From NCBI GenBank assembly GCA_021732605.1, contig JAKFUS010000003.1, forward strand, positions 51,476-115,475: a DNA stretch of 64,000 bases, given 5' to 3'. Both the position numbers and the translations under genes were made by a program. This stretch comes from Betaproteobacteria bacterium (lineage in GTDB: Bacteria > Pseudomonadota > Gammaproteobacteria > Burkholderiales > SG8-41). Below, in pieces: positions 17,356 to 26,602 of this stretch; the first letter of the stretch is position 1; each line of letters begins with the position of its first letter. The notes under the pieces are model-generated. The model was not told the DNA's origin and made no database searches. It saw nothing but the letters and a program-made list of their open reading frames with translations.

Positions 17356-18252
17356 TCAGGCCGGGACGGGAATGCCTTCCTGCTCGCAGGAATTCGCCAC
17401 GTCGCTGACCGTCACCCGGCGCATGTCACGCACCCAGCGCAGGTCGTCGAAATCGGTACCGCGGTGCATGGTGCAGCGGTTGTCCCACATCACCAGTTCA
17501 TGCGGACGCCAACGGTGGGTATGGACAAACTGCCGCTGCGTGACATGGGCAATCAGTTCATCGATCAGTGCGCGGCCTTCGCCTACCGGCATACCCCAGA
17601 TGCGACCGGCATGTGAGGCCACATACAAGGACTTGCGCTGGCTCTGCGGAATGGTACGCACCAGCACCTGCGGCACCGGCGGCAACCGTTTTTGTTCTTC
17701 CTCGGTGAATTCCGCGAATCCGCTGCGCCGGCGCGACGTGGCAATCCAGTGTTCGACGACCAGTCCCTGCAGTTTCTTTTTCATGGCCTCCGGCAAGGCA
17801 TCGTAGGCCGCACGCTGGTCGGCAAACTGGGTATGCCCGCCGACGGGTGCCACGGTTTCCGCGTACAGCAGCGAACAGATGCTGGGCAGGCGTTTGAAGG
17901 AGCTGTCGGTATGCCAGAGTTTGTTGCCGGCCTTGTACATGCGCTGGCGGCTGGTCTCGCCCCAGATCTTGCCGTCCGCGGCAAGATTGGAAATGTCGGC
18001 AAAAGCGCCGCTGAAGCGCGAGGGCGTCGCTTTCGGATCCAGCGTGCGGTCGGTTTCAATGGGGCCGAAGTGGGTGGAAAACGCCAGCTGCTGATCCTGA
18101 TTCAATTGCTGCTGCGGAAACACCAGCACGGCGTATTTCCAGAAGGCCTGCTTGATGGCTTCAATATCCGCTGCGGCCAGCGGTTTTGACAAATCGACAT
18201 CGCCGACCTCGGCGGCAAAATCCGGCGTAAACGGATAAATAGTGATGCTCAT
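17356..18252 (-). CDS. TauD/TfdA-family Fe(II)/2-oxoglutarate dioxygenase
   Basis: 298 aa. WHTDSSF is the H-x-D iron ligand motif. WDNRCTMHR is the distal His and Arg motif. Confidence 0.85.
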   Translation of the reverse strand: MSITIYPFTPDFAAEVGDVDLSKPLAAADIEAIKQAFWKYAVLVFPQQQLNQDQQLAFSTHFGPIETDRTLDPKATPSRFSGAFADISNLAADGKIWGETSRQRMYKAGNKLWHTDSSFKRLPSICSLLYAETVAPVGGHTQFADQRAAYDALPEAMKKKLQGLVVEHWIATSRRRSGFAEFTEEEQKRLPPVPQVLVRTIPQSQRKSLYVASHAGRIWGMPVGEGRALIDELIAHVTQRQFVHTHRWRPHELVMWDNRCTMHRGTDFDDLRWVRDMRRVTVSDVANSCEQEGIPVPA

Positions 18253-18385
18253 CTGCTCTCTCCCCCGCGATGTCGAACCATTATGCTGCCGGCCTATTAT
18301 CCCGCGGTTGCGAATACCGTGCCGATTGCCGCAGAATCGTATCCGACATGCCGGAACCCCGGCAAAATTAATCGAGGATCAGATC

Positions 18386-19177
18386 ATGCCGAACAAGCTG
18401 ACCACTCTCCGCCGCATCCTTCTTGCTGCACTGTTTTTTCATGCCGCCGGCGTCCAGGCCGATTGCGTCGATACGGTTCCGCTCAGCCCCCAGGAGCGCG
18501 ATTTTGTCATCCGCGCCAGCGCCGCGCTGCAATCATTTCTGCGACCTGCCCCCAGCTCCGAACCGATTCGCACCTCCGATTCCGTAACAGACCCTGCAGG
18601 CATCCAGGCCTGCAAGGGTGAGAAAAAAGACGGCAACTTTGACGTATCGGTCAGCCGCAAATACATCTGGCCAGATCCGAAAAAACACTCCGCCGACACG
18701 GCGATTACTATGCATATCGCCATCAACGTGCGCAGCTTCGACACCCGCGCGGGTGAACACTCGGGCGCCTACGGCAGCCCCAGCCCGGGACTCAGCGCCG
18801 GGCTGACCCTGAACAACGTGGAATGGAAAGTGGATGCCGCCTCGTATGGGGTGCCTGCGCAGCGTGAAAGCTTGCGCGCTTCGCTGGCGGCGGTGATCGA
18901 CCGCGACCGTTTGGCGGCGCTGGTTGGCAAACCGCTGCCGAGCGTGGCGACCTCCACCGCCATGGCGAAGAAAGCCGGACCCACCCCACTGATCACGCCG
19001 GAGCCCTCCGCATCGGCAGCGGCGCCAGCCCCCACGCACGCCGCGATTCCCCTGCCCTCGGGTGCATCACCGTCACCCGCATCACCTCCCAGCGCGCCTG
19101 CCGCCCCGACGCCCACCGATATGCTCAAAGACGCGGCGGATACCGCGCAGAAATTGCGTGGATTGTTCGGTCGATAG
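18386..19177 (+). CDS. secreted hypothetical protein with a Pro/Ala/Ser-rich C-terminus
   Basis: Start moved to ATG 18386 (MPNKLTTLRRILLAALFFHAAGVQA, a signal peptide). No family was recognised. Confidence 0.5.
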   Translation: MPNKLTTLRRILLAALFFHAAGVQADCVDTVPLSPQERDFVIRASAALQSFLRPAPSSEPIRTSDSVTDPAGIQACKGEKKDGNFDVSVSRKYIWPDPKKHSADTAITMHIAINVRSFDTRAGEHSGAYGSPSPGLSAGLTLNNVEWKVDAASYGVPAQRESLRASLAAVIDRDRLAALVGKPLPSVATSTAMAKKAGPTPLITPEPSASAAAPAPTHAAIPLPSGASPSPASPPSAPAAPTPTDMLKDAADTAQKLRGLFGR

Positions 19178-19332
19178 TTGACGCCGACGCGTTGACCACG
19201 AATATCTTTCGAGCCCGGACTGTCGGCGTGCGCGGCGTTGCTTTTTATCCTGATTATATGCGGGGTGAACGAGCGATGAATATACGTAACCTATTGTATT
19301 TATTTAATAAAATGGCAACCGGGCTCAGGATG

Positions 19333-19371
19333 TTATACGGCGTTTTTGCCGTATAAAACTAGTTATACGGC
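19333..19371. repeat. TTATACGGC motif cluster: perfect inverted pair plus a third direct copy
   Basis: TTATACGGC (19333-19341), a 6-nt spacer, GCCGTATAA (19348-19356), then TTATACGGC again (19363-19371). The cluster ends 21 nt upstream of ATG 19392. Confidence 0.9.
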
Positions 19372-19391
19372 TCAATAGGAGGGGGAGCGTT

Positions 19392-19997
19392 ATGTGCAAA
19401 ACACGTTTTCTGATTTGCTTATGCAGTCTTTTATTGCTGGTTGGGTGTGCAGGCGTTGGAATTGTTGCAACCTCTGACCCGCTCACAAAGCTAAATGATG
19501 CCGAAGATCTTTTCATGAGGCAGGATCGTCCGCTTCCTGCCGAACAGCTCATTCGCGAAGCAATGGCCATTTACCACGAGCGCGATGATCCCCAAGGTCT
19601 CGGACACGCCCATCGCGAATACGCCGATCTTTTAAGATCTCAGTCCATTACCGGCAAGTGGCAAAATCATTATCGTGCAAATGGATTCCTTGATAAATCG
19701 GTAACCTTTGAGAACCGCATCGCCAAGTCATCCGAGTTTTACTCGAAGGCTCTCGAATACTACGCTCGCGCAGAAACTAAACTCCGCGAAGCAAATCGTT
19801 TTGATTCACTGACCAATGTTTATATCAATATGGCTCTGTCTTCTTCCCAACTTGATGATCGTGTAAAGGCATGCGCTTTCTATAATAAAGGTCTGGAGGC
19901 GTATGCCGAAAATATTAGACGCAATCCCGGTGCTAAACCGCAAGGCGCAGTCCCAGAATTCGTAGGGTCACAAAAAAAGAGATTGGGTTGTGCGTAA
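19392..19997 (+). CDS. lipoprotein with TPR-like helical repeats (low-GC islet)
   Basis: MCKTRFLICLCSLLLLVGC has a lipobox. The body is helical (EFYSKALEYYARAETKL.., ACAFYNKGLEAYAEN). AGGAGG is the RBS. AT-rich codon usage is unlike the flanks. Confidence 0.6.
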   Translation: MCKTRFLICLCSLLLLVGCAGVGIVATSDPLTKLNDAEDLFMRQDRPLPAEQLIREAMAIYHERDDPQGLGHAHREYADLLRSQSITGKWQNHYRANGFLDKSVTFENRIAKSSEFYSKALEYYARAETKLREANRFDSLTNVYINMALSSSQLDDRVKACAFYNKGLEAYAENIRRNPGAKPQGAVPEFVGSQKKRLGCA

Positions 19998-20006
19998 GCC
20001 GTATAA
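19998..20006. repeat. fourth copy (inverted) of the TTATACGGC motif, immediately after the lipoprotein stop codon
   Basis: GCCGTATAA at 19998-20006. Together with 19363-19371 it brackets the lipoprotein gene as 9-bp inverted repeats. Confidence 0.85.
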
Positions 20007-20058
20007 CCGCGCGTTCGAGAGCGGCGCGCCCGCTCAACGCGAACGTTAGCCACCATCG

Positions 20059-20877
20059 ATGACCATGGGAAAAGAACTAACTGGAACGCACTGGGTTGCG
20101 GAACTCACGAAACACGGGGTTCGCGAGGTGCGCTGCGACTCTTGGGCTGGCTACGTCAATTTTCTAAACGAAGCGCTACTCGATTTCCGTAGCTATGTAT
20201 TTCGTGGACATGCGTCGGAGGAATGGAAGCTTGAGTCTACGCTCGATCGCGCACTCAATAAAACAGCTACTAACACTTCCAAACAACGCGACGAACACTT
20301 GGCTAAGTTTAGGTATGCCTCTCGAGGCAGACGTGGGCCCACTCCCGCACTCTTGGCTGAAGAAAATGATTGGTGGGCCCTCGGGCAACATCACGGGCTA
20401 GCCACCCCGTTGCTCGACTGGTCGGAGTCCCCGTACGTCGCAGCTTACTTCGCATTTCATGCTGAGCATCCTGAGAGCGAGGATCAACGTAGTCAGAACC
20501 GAATCGTCTACGCACTGTCTCGAGTTGCCGTGGAAGAAAAGAACAATCAGTTAACGCTAGAATCGATAAAGGTGGGAAAGGAGCCTAGCTTAATCACTTT
20601 CGTGCGTCCAATGATTGACGAGAATCAAAGACTAATAACGCAGCGCGGACTTTTCACTCGAGCTCCAGACAATGTTCCCATTGAGCGGTGGGTGCGAACT
20701 AATTTTAAAGAAACCGCGGGCGGTGCAAAGCTCATTCGAATGAGCATCCCAAGCACCGAAAGAGACACTGCAATGAAAAATCTGAACAGAATGAACATCA
20801 ATCACCTATCCCTGTTTCCGGATCTCGACGGCGCAGCAAAGTACTGCAATTTCGAGCTTGCCATCAAGAACTACTGA
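20059..20877 (+). CDS. FRG-domain protein
   Basis: 272 aa. YVFRGHASEEWKLESTLDR is the eponymous F-R-G motif with the following W..L.S.L.R pattern. QHHGLATPLLDWSESPYVAAYFA is the conserved second block. About 42% GC by hand count of a sample line. Confidence 0.75.
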   Translation: MTMGKELTGTHWVAELTKHGVREVRCDSWAGYVNFLNEALLDFRSYVFRGHASEEWKLESTLDRALNKTATNTSKQRDEHLAKFRYASRGRRGPTPALLAEENDWWALGQHHGLATPLLDWSESPYVAAYFAFHAEHPESEDQRSQNRIVYALSRVAVEEKNNQLTLESIKVGKEPSLITFVRPMIDENQRLITQRGLFTRAPDNVPIERWVRTNFKETAGGAKLIRMSIPSTERDTAMKNLNRMNINHLSLFPDLDGAAKYCNFELAIKNY

Positions 20878-21115
20878 TGGGGTGACCCCATGGCTAGCAA
20901 GTCAATCGACACGGACTCCCTATCGGCGGGCTTCACCCGCCTACTCTCTGCCGATCATCTCCGACGTTGCAGTCGTATAAAAATCCTGAACTGCGTCGCC
21001 TAGATCAACCCGCCTTCATTGTTCCAGGCAAGCGATTAGAAGAGAGATGGAACATAACGCCAGACTTGAATAACCGTATCTACACCCTGAAACCTGAAAA
21101 CTGAGGAGAACGAAT

Positions 21116-21412
21116 ATGGCAAAAGGCTACTGGGTAGTAACGTACCGGGCGATCAAGGATGCCGATGCATTCAAACGTTACGCCAGCGTGGCGCCGGCTG
21201 CGGTGCAGGCCAGCGGCGGGCGTTTTCTAGTGCGCGGCATGGCCGCCAAAGTGTATGAGGCCGGCATCCAGCAGCGCGTGGTGGTCATCGAATTCGACAG
21301 CCTCACGCAGGCGCTGGCCGCACATGACACGCCGGCGTATCAGGCGGCCCTGAAAGAACTGGCCGGCGGCGCTGTCGAACGCGACCTGCGCATCGTCGAG
21401 GGCGTCGCCTGA
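21116..21412 (+). CDS. DUF1330-family protein
   Basis: 98 aa. MAKGYWVVTYRAIKDADAFKRYASVAPAAVQASGGRFLVRG is typical of DUF1330. Confidence 0.75.
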   Translation: MAKGYWVVTYRAIKDADAFKRYASVAPAAVQASGGRFLVRGMAAKVYEAGIQQRVVVIEFDSLTQALAAHDTPAYQAALKELAGGAVERDLRIVEGVA

Positions 21413-21431
21413 CGGCGAGCCCGTTTCAGGG

Positions 21432-22454
21432 TCAGCAACCCGCAACACACCTGCCTTTGCCGTCGAACTCCATGGTGCGGCCGCTGATGGCGAGGTGAGT
21501 TGCCGGCTTGAGCATCTTCATGAACGCCGCCGTGCGCGAAGCCGGCCTCGGTTTTCCGCCTTCGGTGACGGGCTCATTGGCATGCGTGAGGATCACTGAT
21601 GCCGGGCGGATCAGCTCATTGATGGCATGCCCGCCGGAATAGAAGATGCCTGGATTCGGTCCCAGGTTAAGCACGGCAAGATTGGCCTTGTGATACTCGT
21701 TGATGACCGTTTTCATCTCGGAATGGATGCCGGTGTCGCCTGACAGATAGGCGACCAGCCCGTTGGTGAACTTGACGACGAATCCGGTGGCGGGGCCGTA
21801 CTCGAGGACGGCACCGTCCGCCTGCAGCGCCGCGCGCTGCGCCTCCGACAGCAGCGCCGGCGGGGCATTGTTCACGTGCGAGGCATACACAATCGTGATT
21901 TCCACCCCCTGCGTTGCCTCGGCTGTCTTGGCGACGAAAACACCACCGAGATCGGTCTGCGAAGCGCACACCCCGGCAACCGGCACCGTGGTCGCGCCAC
22001 CGGTTTGCGGGCAGAAGCCGATCGGCTTGCTGCCGCTGATGGCCTGAACCTTGTTGCCGACAAAACCACCGATGGCGCGGGTCATGACCATTGCCGCGTT
22101 CTTCGCCGCAACGACTTCGGCGGTCGTGGAATTCGGCGCAGGTACCCGCTCCGAGTTCGCGCAGGTCCCGGCGCCCGGCGCTTTCAGCTTGAGATCGCCG
22201 ACGTGATCGCCGTGCATGTGGGTCAGCAGCACGAGATGGATAGTACCCAGCCGCGGATCATCGCCGCCGGTCACGTTGTGCGCCGGATCGTAGAGAAAAC
22301 GCACGCCGGTCGGATCCTCGAAAATGATCGCACGATCGTTGGCGCAGAGCTCTCCGGGATGCGAGCCGACCGGCGTTATTTTTACGTTCTGCGCCAGCGC
22401 AGGAGCGGCGAAAGCAAGTACGGTGGATATGCAAATGACAGCGGTGATTCTCAT
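21432..22454 (-). CDS. secreted MBL-fold metallo-hydrolase
   Basis: Signal peptide MRITAVICISTVLAFAAPALA. LLTHMHGDHVGD is the H-x-H-x-D-H motif. GGAGG is the RBS. Confidence 0.8.
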   Translation of the reverse strand: MRITAVICISTVLAFAAPALAQNVKITPVGSHPGELCANDRAIIFEDPTGVRFLYDPAHNVTGGDDPRLGTIHLVLLTHMHGDHVGDLKLKAPGAGTCANSERVPAPNSTTAEVVAAKNAAMVMTRAIGGFVGNKVQAISGSKPIGFCPQTGGATTVPVAGVCASQTDLGGVFVAKTAEATQGVEITIVYASHVNNAPPALLSEAQRAALQADGAVLEYGPATGFVVKFTNGLVAYLSGDTGIHSEMKTVINEYHKANLAVLNLGPNPGIFYSGGHAINELIRPASVILTHANEPVTEGGKPRPASRTAAFMKMLKPATHLAISGRTMEFDGKGRCVAGC

Positions 22455-22473
22455 GGAGCCTCCAGTGGACGGG

Positions 22474-22502
22474 TATTGTTCTGTATTGTTCTGTATTGTT
22501 CC
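22474..22502. repeat. 3 x 10-bp tandem repeat TATTGTTCTG
   Basis: Copies at 22474-22483, 22484-22493 and 22494-22502 (last copy truncated/variant). They begin 20 nt upstream of the MBL-hydrolase start on the minus strand. Confidence 0.9.
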
Positions 22503-22608
22503 GAATGCGGCGGCTACGTTAACCCGTCGCGAGCGGGATTGCCACTCTCACGCGACATCAGCCCTGATGCAGCGCATCAACCCGGTCGTTGCGACTTCAG
22601 CCCGTACT

Positions 22609-24438
22609 TCAGCCCCTTACCAGCGCCAGCAGCGATTCGCCGTAACGTTCGAGTTTTTTCGCGCCGATGCCGCTGATTTCGCCCAGCGCGTCCATGTCAA
22701 CAGGCCGTGCCGCGGCGATTTCCGCCAGCGTGCGGTCGTGAAAGATGACAAACGCCGGCACGCCCTGCACCCGCGCCTGTTCCATGCGCCAGGCTTTCAG
22801 TTGCTCCAGCAAACCAGCATCAGCCGCCGGCAATGCAGCGCCCGCCGCACCGCGCCGCGATTTTGCCTTGGCTTTGCGTGGCAGCACGCTGCGCATGTAC
22901 ACCGGCTGCTCGCCCTTCAGCACCGGGCGACTGGTGTCGGTCAGGCACAAGGCACCATAAGCATCGTGATCAGGCCGCGCGTAACCCAGCGCCACCAACT
23001 GGCGAAACACGTTGCGCCATGCCGGCTCGTCGAAGTCGGCACCGATGCCGAACACATTGAGCTTGTCATGCCCCCATTGCGTGGTGCGGTCGGTGATGCG
23101 GCCGCGCAGTACGTCGATCAAGTGCACCGCGCCGAAACGCTGGCCGGTGCGGTAGATGCACGACAGCGCCTTGCGCGCGGCCTCCGTGGCATCCCAGGTC
23201 TGGGGCGGCTCCAGGCAGTTGTCACAGTTGCCGCAGGGCGCGCCGGCCTCACCGAAATAATCGAGCAGGCGCACCCGGCGGCAACCCGCGGTTTCGCATA
23301 AACCCAGCAGGGCCTCGAGTTTGGTCACCGACACGCGGCGATATTCTTCGCTGCCTTCCGATTGATCGATCATGCGCCGTTGCTGGACAACATCCCCCAG
23401 GCCATAGGTCATCCACGCATCGGCCGGTGCACCATCACGGCCGGCGCGGCCGGTCTCCTGGTAATAACCCTCGATGCTTTTCGGCAGGTCGAGGTGGGCG
23501 ACAAAACGCACATCGGGCTTGTCGATGCCCATGCCGAAGGCTATGGTGGCAACAACAACGATGCCTTCTTCGCGCTGAAAACGCGCCTGGTTCGCGGCGC
23601 GCGACGCGCCGTCCATGCCGGCGTGATAGGGAATCGCACGAACACCGTGGGACACCAGCCAGGCGGCGGTTTCATCGACTTTTTTACGCGACAGGCAATA
23701 CACAATGCCGGCCTCACCATCGTGGTCCTCGCGGATGAAGCGCAGCAGCTGCGCACGCGCTTCCTGCTTGTCGATGATGGTGTAGCGGATATTGGGCCGG
23801 TCGAAACTCGAAATGAACACGCGAGCGTCATCCAGCGCGAGACGGCGGATGATTTCAACGCGGGTCTGCGGATCAGCGGTGGCGGTCAGCGCGATGCGCG
23901 GCACGTCGGGAAAACGTTCGTGAAGCACGGACAGTTGCAGATATTCCGGGCGGAAGTCATGGCCCCATTGCGACACGCAATGCGCCTCGTCGATCGCGAA
24001 CAGCGCGAGTTTCGATTCCGCCAGGCATTCCAGCATGCGCGGCATCACCAGCCGCTCCGGCGCGACATAGAGCAGATCGAGCTCGCCGTTGCGCAGGGCT
24101 TTTTCGCAGGCGTTGATTTCGCGGCCGTCGAGCGTGGAATTGAGAAAGGCCGCGCGCACGCCGAGCTGGGTCAGTGCAGCGACCTGGTCCTGCATCAGCG
24201 CAATCAGCGGCGACACCACCAGCGCGGTGCCCTCGCGCAACAGCGCCGGTAATTGGTAACACAAGGATTTGCCGCCGCCCGTGGGCATCAGCACCAGCGC
24301 ATCACCACCACCGGCGACATGCGCCACAATGTCGGCTTGCGCGCCGCGGAATGCGGGATGACCGAAGACGGAATTTAGGAGTTGCAGCGGGCGTGGATCG
24401 ACGGCTGGTGTCATTGCGGGGTGATGCGCCTGGAGCAT
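22609..24438 (-). CDS. recQ: ATP-dependent DNA helicase RecQ
   Basis: Walker A is [14 protein letters not shown] and the DEAH box is [17 protein letters not shown]. There is a Zn-binding Cys cluster ([19 protein letters not shown]) and a C-terminal HRDC. The start is ambiguous: ATG 24438 or 24414. Position 24471 is TTG. Confidence 0.9.
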   Translation of the reverse strand: MLQAHHPAMTPAVDPRPLQLLNSVFGHPAFRGAQADIVAHVAGGGDALVLMPTGGGKSLCYQLPALLREGTALVVSPLIALMQDQVAALTQLGVRAAFLNSTLDGREINACEKALRNGELDLLYVAPERLVMPRMLECLAESKLALFAIDEAHCVSQWGHDFRPEYLQLSVLHERFPDVPRIALTATADPQTRVEIIRRLALDDARVFISSFDRPNIRYTIIDKQEARAQLLRFIREDHDGEAGIVYCLSRKKVDETAAWLVSHGVRAIPYHAGMDGASRAANQARFQREEGIVVVATIAFGMGIDKPDVRFVAHLDLPKSIEGYYQETGRAGRDGAPADAWMTYGLGDVVQQRRMIDQSEGSEEYRRVSVTKLEALLGLCETAGCRRVRLLDYFGEAGAPCGNCDNCLEPPQTWDATEAARKALSCIYRTGQRFGAVHLIDVLRGRITDRTTQWGHDKLNVFGIGADFDEPAWRNVFRQLVALGYARPDHDAYGALCLTDTSRPVLKGEQPVYMRSVLPRKAKAKSRRGAAGAALPAADAGLLEQLKAWRMEQARVQGVPAFVIFHDRTLAEIAAARPVDMDALGEISGIGAKKLERYGESLLALVRG

Positions 24439-24510
24439 TCGCAGTACAGGCAAAATATCGTTTAAAAACAATCACTTACGATAATACCATGCCGGCAGCC
24501 GTTAGCGCAA

Positions 24511-25524
24511 TCAGCTTTTGCGCGAGCGTCCCGCCAGTTTCCGCAGTTCCTGGTGCAGACCGTCCGCAATCGCGATGCCTTCCGCCCGTGCGCGCGCCGT
24601 CGCCTGTTGTCGTCGTGCGCCGGGCAGACGCACACCTTCATCAGCGAGCATGTGGCCGACCATGTCTTCAATGCGGGCGAAGTACGTTTCCTCACCCGCC
24701 AGTGCCTGCGGATTGATGGCAATGAGCGCGTGGCCGATACGTGGCTTGTTGCCGGGCTCGAAGTACGAATCGTTTTCATGGCTCAGCGCCGCGCCGGTCA
24801 GCGCGACGCACAGCGCTTCGACCATCAGCGCCAGCGCAGTACCTTTGACGCCGCCGATCGCCGTCAGGCTGCCGGTCAGCGCCGCCTGTGCGCTGGTGGT
24901 CGGATTGCCATCGCGATCCACCGCCCAGCCCAAGGGGATCTCTTTGCCTTCCTTGGCCATCAACATGATCCTGCCGCGGGTGACTTCGGTCAGCGACAGG
25001 TCGACAACAATCGGCGCGTTATTTTTGCGCGGAAAAATTGCCGCGATCGGATTGGTGCCGAAAAACGCTTTTTTACCGCCCCAGGCATTGATGGCCGCCG
25101 GTGAATTCGTCAGCGCAATACCCGCCATGCCGGCCGCCGCGATGGGTGCCAGGTGATACGCGGCGGCACCGAAATGATGGCTGTTGGTGACGCCGGCAAA
25201 CGCAATGCCGTAACGCTGTGCGCGTTTAATCACTTCTTTCACCGCGAGTGCCGCCGCCGGAAACGCCAGTCCGCCGCCGGCATCAATCAGGCAGCAAGCG
25301 CCGGTTTTGCGAATGATCTTCGGCCTGGCCTTGCCGTCGGCGCGCCCTTCGCGCAGGTGTTGTGCATACAAGGCCACGCGCGACAGGCCGTGGCCCGGCA
25401 GGCCTTCGGCTTCAGCCGCCACCAGCGCCTCTGCAGTGGCGGTCGCCATGGCCTTGGAAGCGCCGGCGCGTTTCAGCGCGCGCGCAACGAGATCGGTGAG
25501 TTCATTGAGCGTACTGTTGGACAT
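24511..25524 (-). CDS. Ldh_2-family (malate/L-lactate dehydrogenase type 2; ComC / ureidoglycolate-DH-like) 2-hydroxyacid dehydrogenase
   Basis: 337 aa. GLPGHGLSRV, TNSHHFGAAAYH and GGKKAFFGTNPIA are family blocks. Confidence 0.85.
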   Translation of the reverse strand: MSNSTLNELTDLVARALKRAGASKAMATATAEALVAAEAEGLPGHGLSRVALYAQHLREGRADGKARPKIIRKTGACCLIDAGGGLAFPAAALAVKEVIKRAQRYGIAFAGVTNSHHFGAAAYHLAPIAAAGMAGIALTNSPAAINAWGGKKAFFGTNPIAAIFPRKNNAPIVVDLSLTEVTRGRIMLMAKEGKEIPLGWAVDRDGNPTTSAQAALTGSLTAIGGVKGTALALMVEALCVALTGAALSHENDSYFEPGNKPRIGHALIAINPQALAGEETYFARIEDMVGHMLADEGVRLPGARRQQATARARAEGIAIADGLHQELRKLAGRSRKS

Positions 25525-25542
25525 TGCAAGGAAATCCGTGGA

Positions 25543-26523
25543 TCAGTCGACCGTGGTGCCGGATTGTTTCGCAACATCTGCCCACTTGGCGGCTTCAGCT
25601 CTGAAAAATGCCGTGAATTCCGCCGGCGTGTTGCCGCTGGGTTCCGCACCTTCGGCGCGGATGCGCTGCACGACTTCGGGCGACTTCACCGCAGCGACCC
25701 ACTCACGATACAGCTTGTCCTGTACCGCCTGCGGGGTTTTCGACGGCACCAGCAGGCCGTTCCACTGCACGGCCACGTGATCCGGCACTCCGGCTTCGAT
25801 CATGGTCGGCACGTTCGGTGCGACAGCCGAGCGCAGCTTGTCAGCCACGCCCAGACCACGCAGGCGATTAGTGGCGATATGAGGTGCTGCGACCGGCATC
25901 ACTACAAACGCGACCTGCGATTCACCGGTGAGCAGCGCGACCGTTGCCGGCGCAGCACCTTTGTACGGTAAATGGGTAATCCGCGTACCGGTTTTGACGC
26001 GCAGCATTTCCATCGCCATGTGCGACATGGTGCCGGTGCCGGCCGATGAATAATCCAGCGAGTTCGGTTTGCCGCGGGCCAGCGTCACCAGCTCCTTGAC
26101 GGTTTTCGCCGGCAAGGCCGGATGTGCCACCAGCACAAACGGGTACGACGAGGCCATCGATATCGCGGCGAAATCCTTCACCGGGTCAAAGGACAGCTTT
26201 TTATAAATCGCCGGGCTGATCGATATCGAAGAATTGGCAAAAAATACTGTGTAGCCGTCAGCGGGGGCCTTGGCCGCGATGTCGGCTGCGATGTTGCCGC
26301 TGGCCCCCGCGCGGTTGTCGACGATCACCTGCTGGCCGAGTTGCTGGGAATATTTTTGCGCGATGATGCGCGCCACCAGATCGCTGCCACCACCGGCCGG
26401 GAACGGCAGCACCATGCGGATGGACCGGGTCGGAAATTCCTGGGCAGCGGCGGGCGCTGCCGCCACCAATGTAGCCGCGACGACACAGGCGCTGCGAACC
26501 GCAAGCGCGATGGAACGGACCAT
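25543..26523 (-). CDS. Bug/TctC-family substrate-binding protein
   Basis: 326 aa. Signal peptide, then FPTRSIRMVLPFPAGGGSDLVAR. Confidence 0.85.
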   Translation of the reverse strand: MVRSIALAVRSACVVAATLVAAAPAAAQEFPTRSIRMVLPFPAGGGSDLVARIIAQKYSQQLGQQVIVDNRAGASGNIAADIAAKAPADGYTVFFANSSISISPAIYKKLSFDPVKDFAAISMASSYPFVLVAHPALPAKTVKELVTLARGKPNSLDYSSAGTGTMSHMAMEMLRVKTGTRITHLPYKGAAPATVALLTGESQVAFVVMPVAAPHIATNRLRGLGVADKLRSAVAPNVPTMIEAGVPDHVAVQWNGLLVPSKTPQAVQDKLYREWVAAVKSPEVVQRIRAEGAEPSGNTPAEFTAFFRAEAAKWADVAKQSGTTVD

Positions 26524-26602
26524 GACTCCTCCTTTTTTATCGGTACTGAAGCTGCTTGAATTTTCTTGGGACAGCGAGTCTCCCCCGCCGTCCGGGCTGC
26601 GG

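Noticed and set aside
19363-20006. Calling the lipoprotein gene an integron cassette or MITE-borne gene
   Set aside because: There is no integrase, no attC-like R/L core structure (GTTRRRY) and no target-site duplication. The 9-bp inverted repeats are reported as an observation, but a mobile-element call is not supported.
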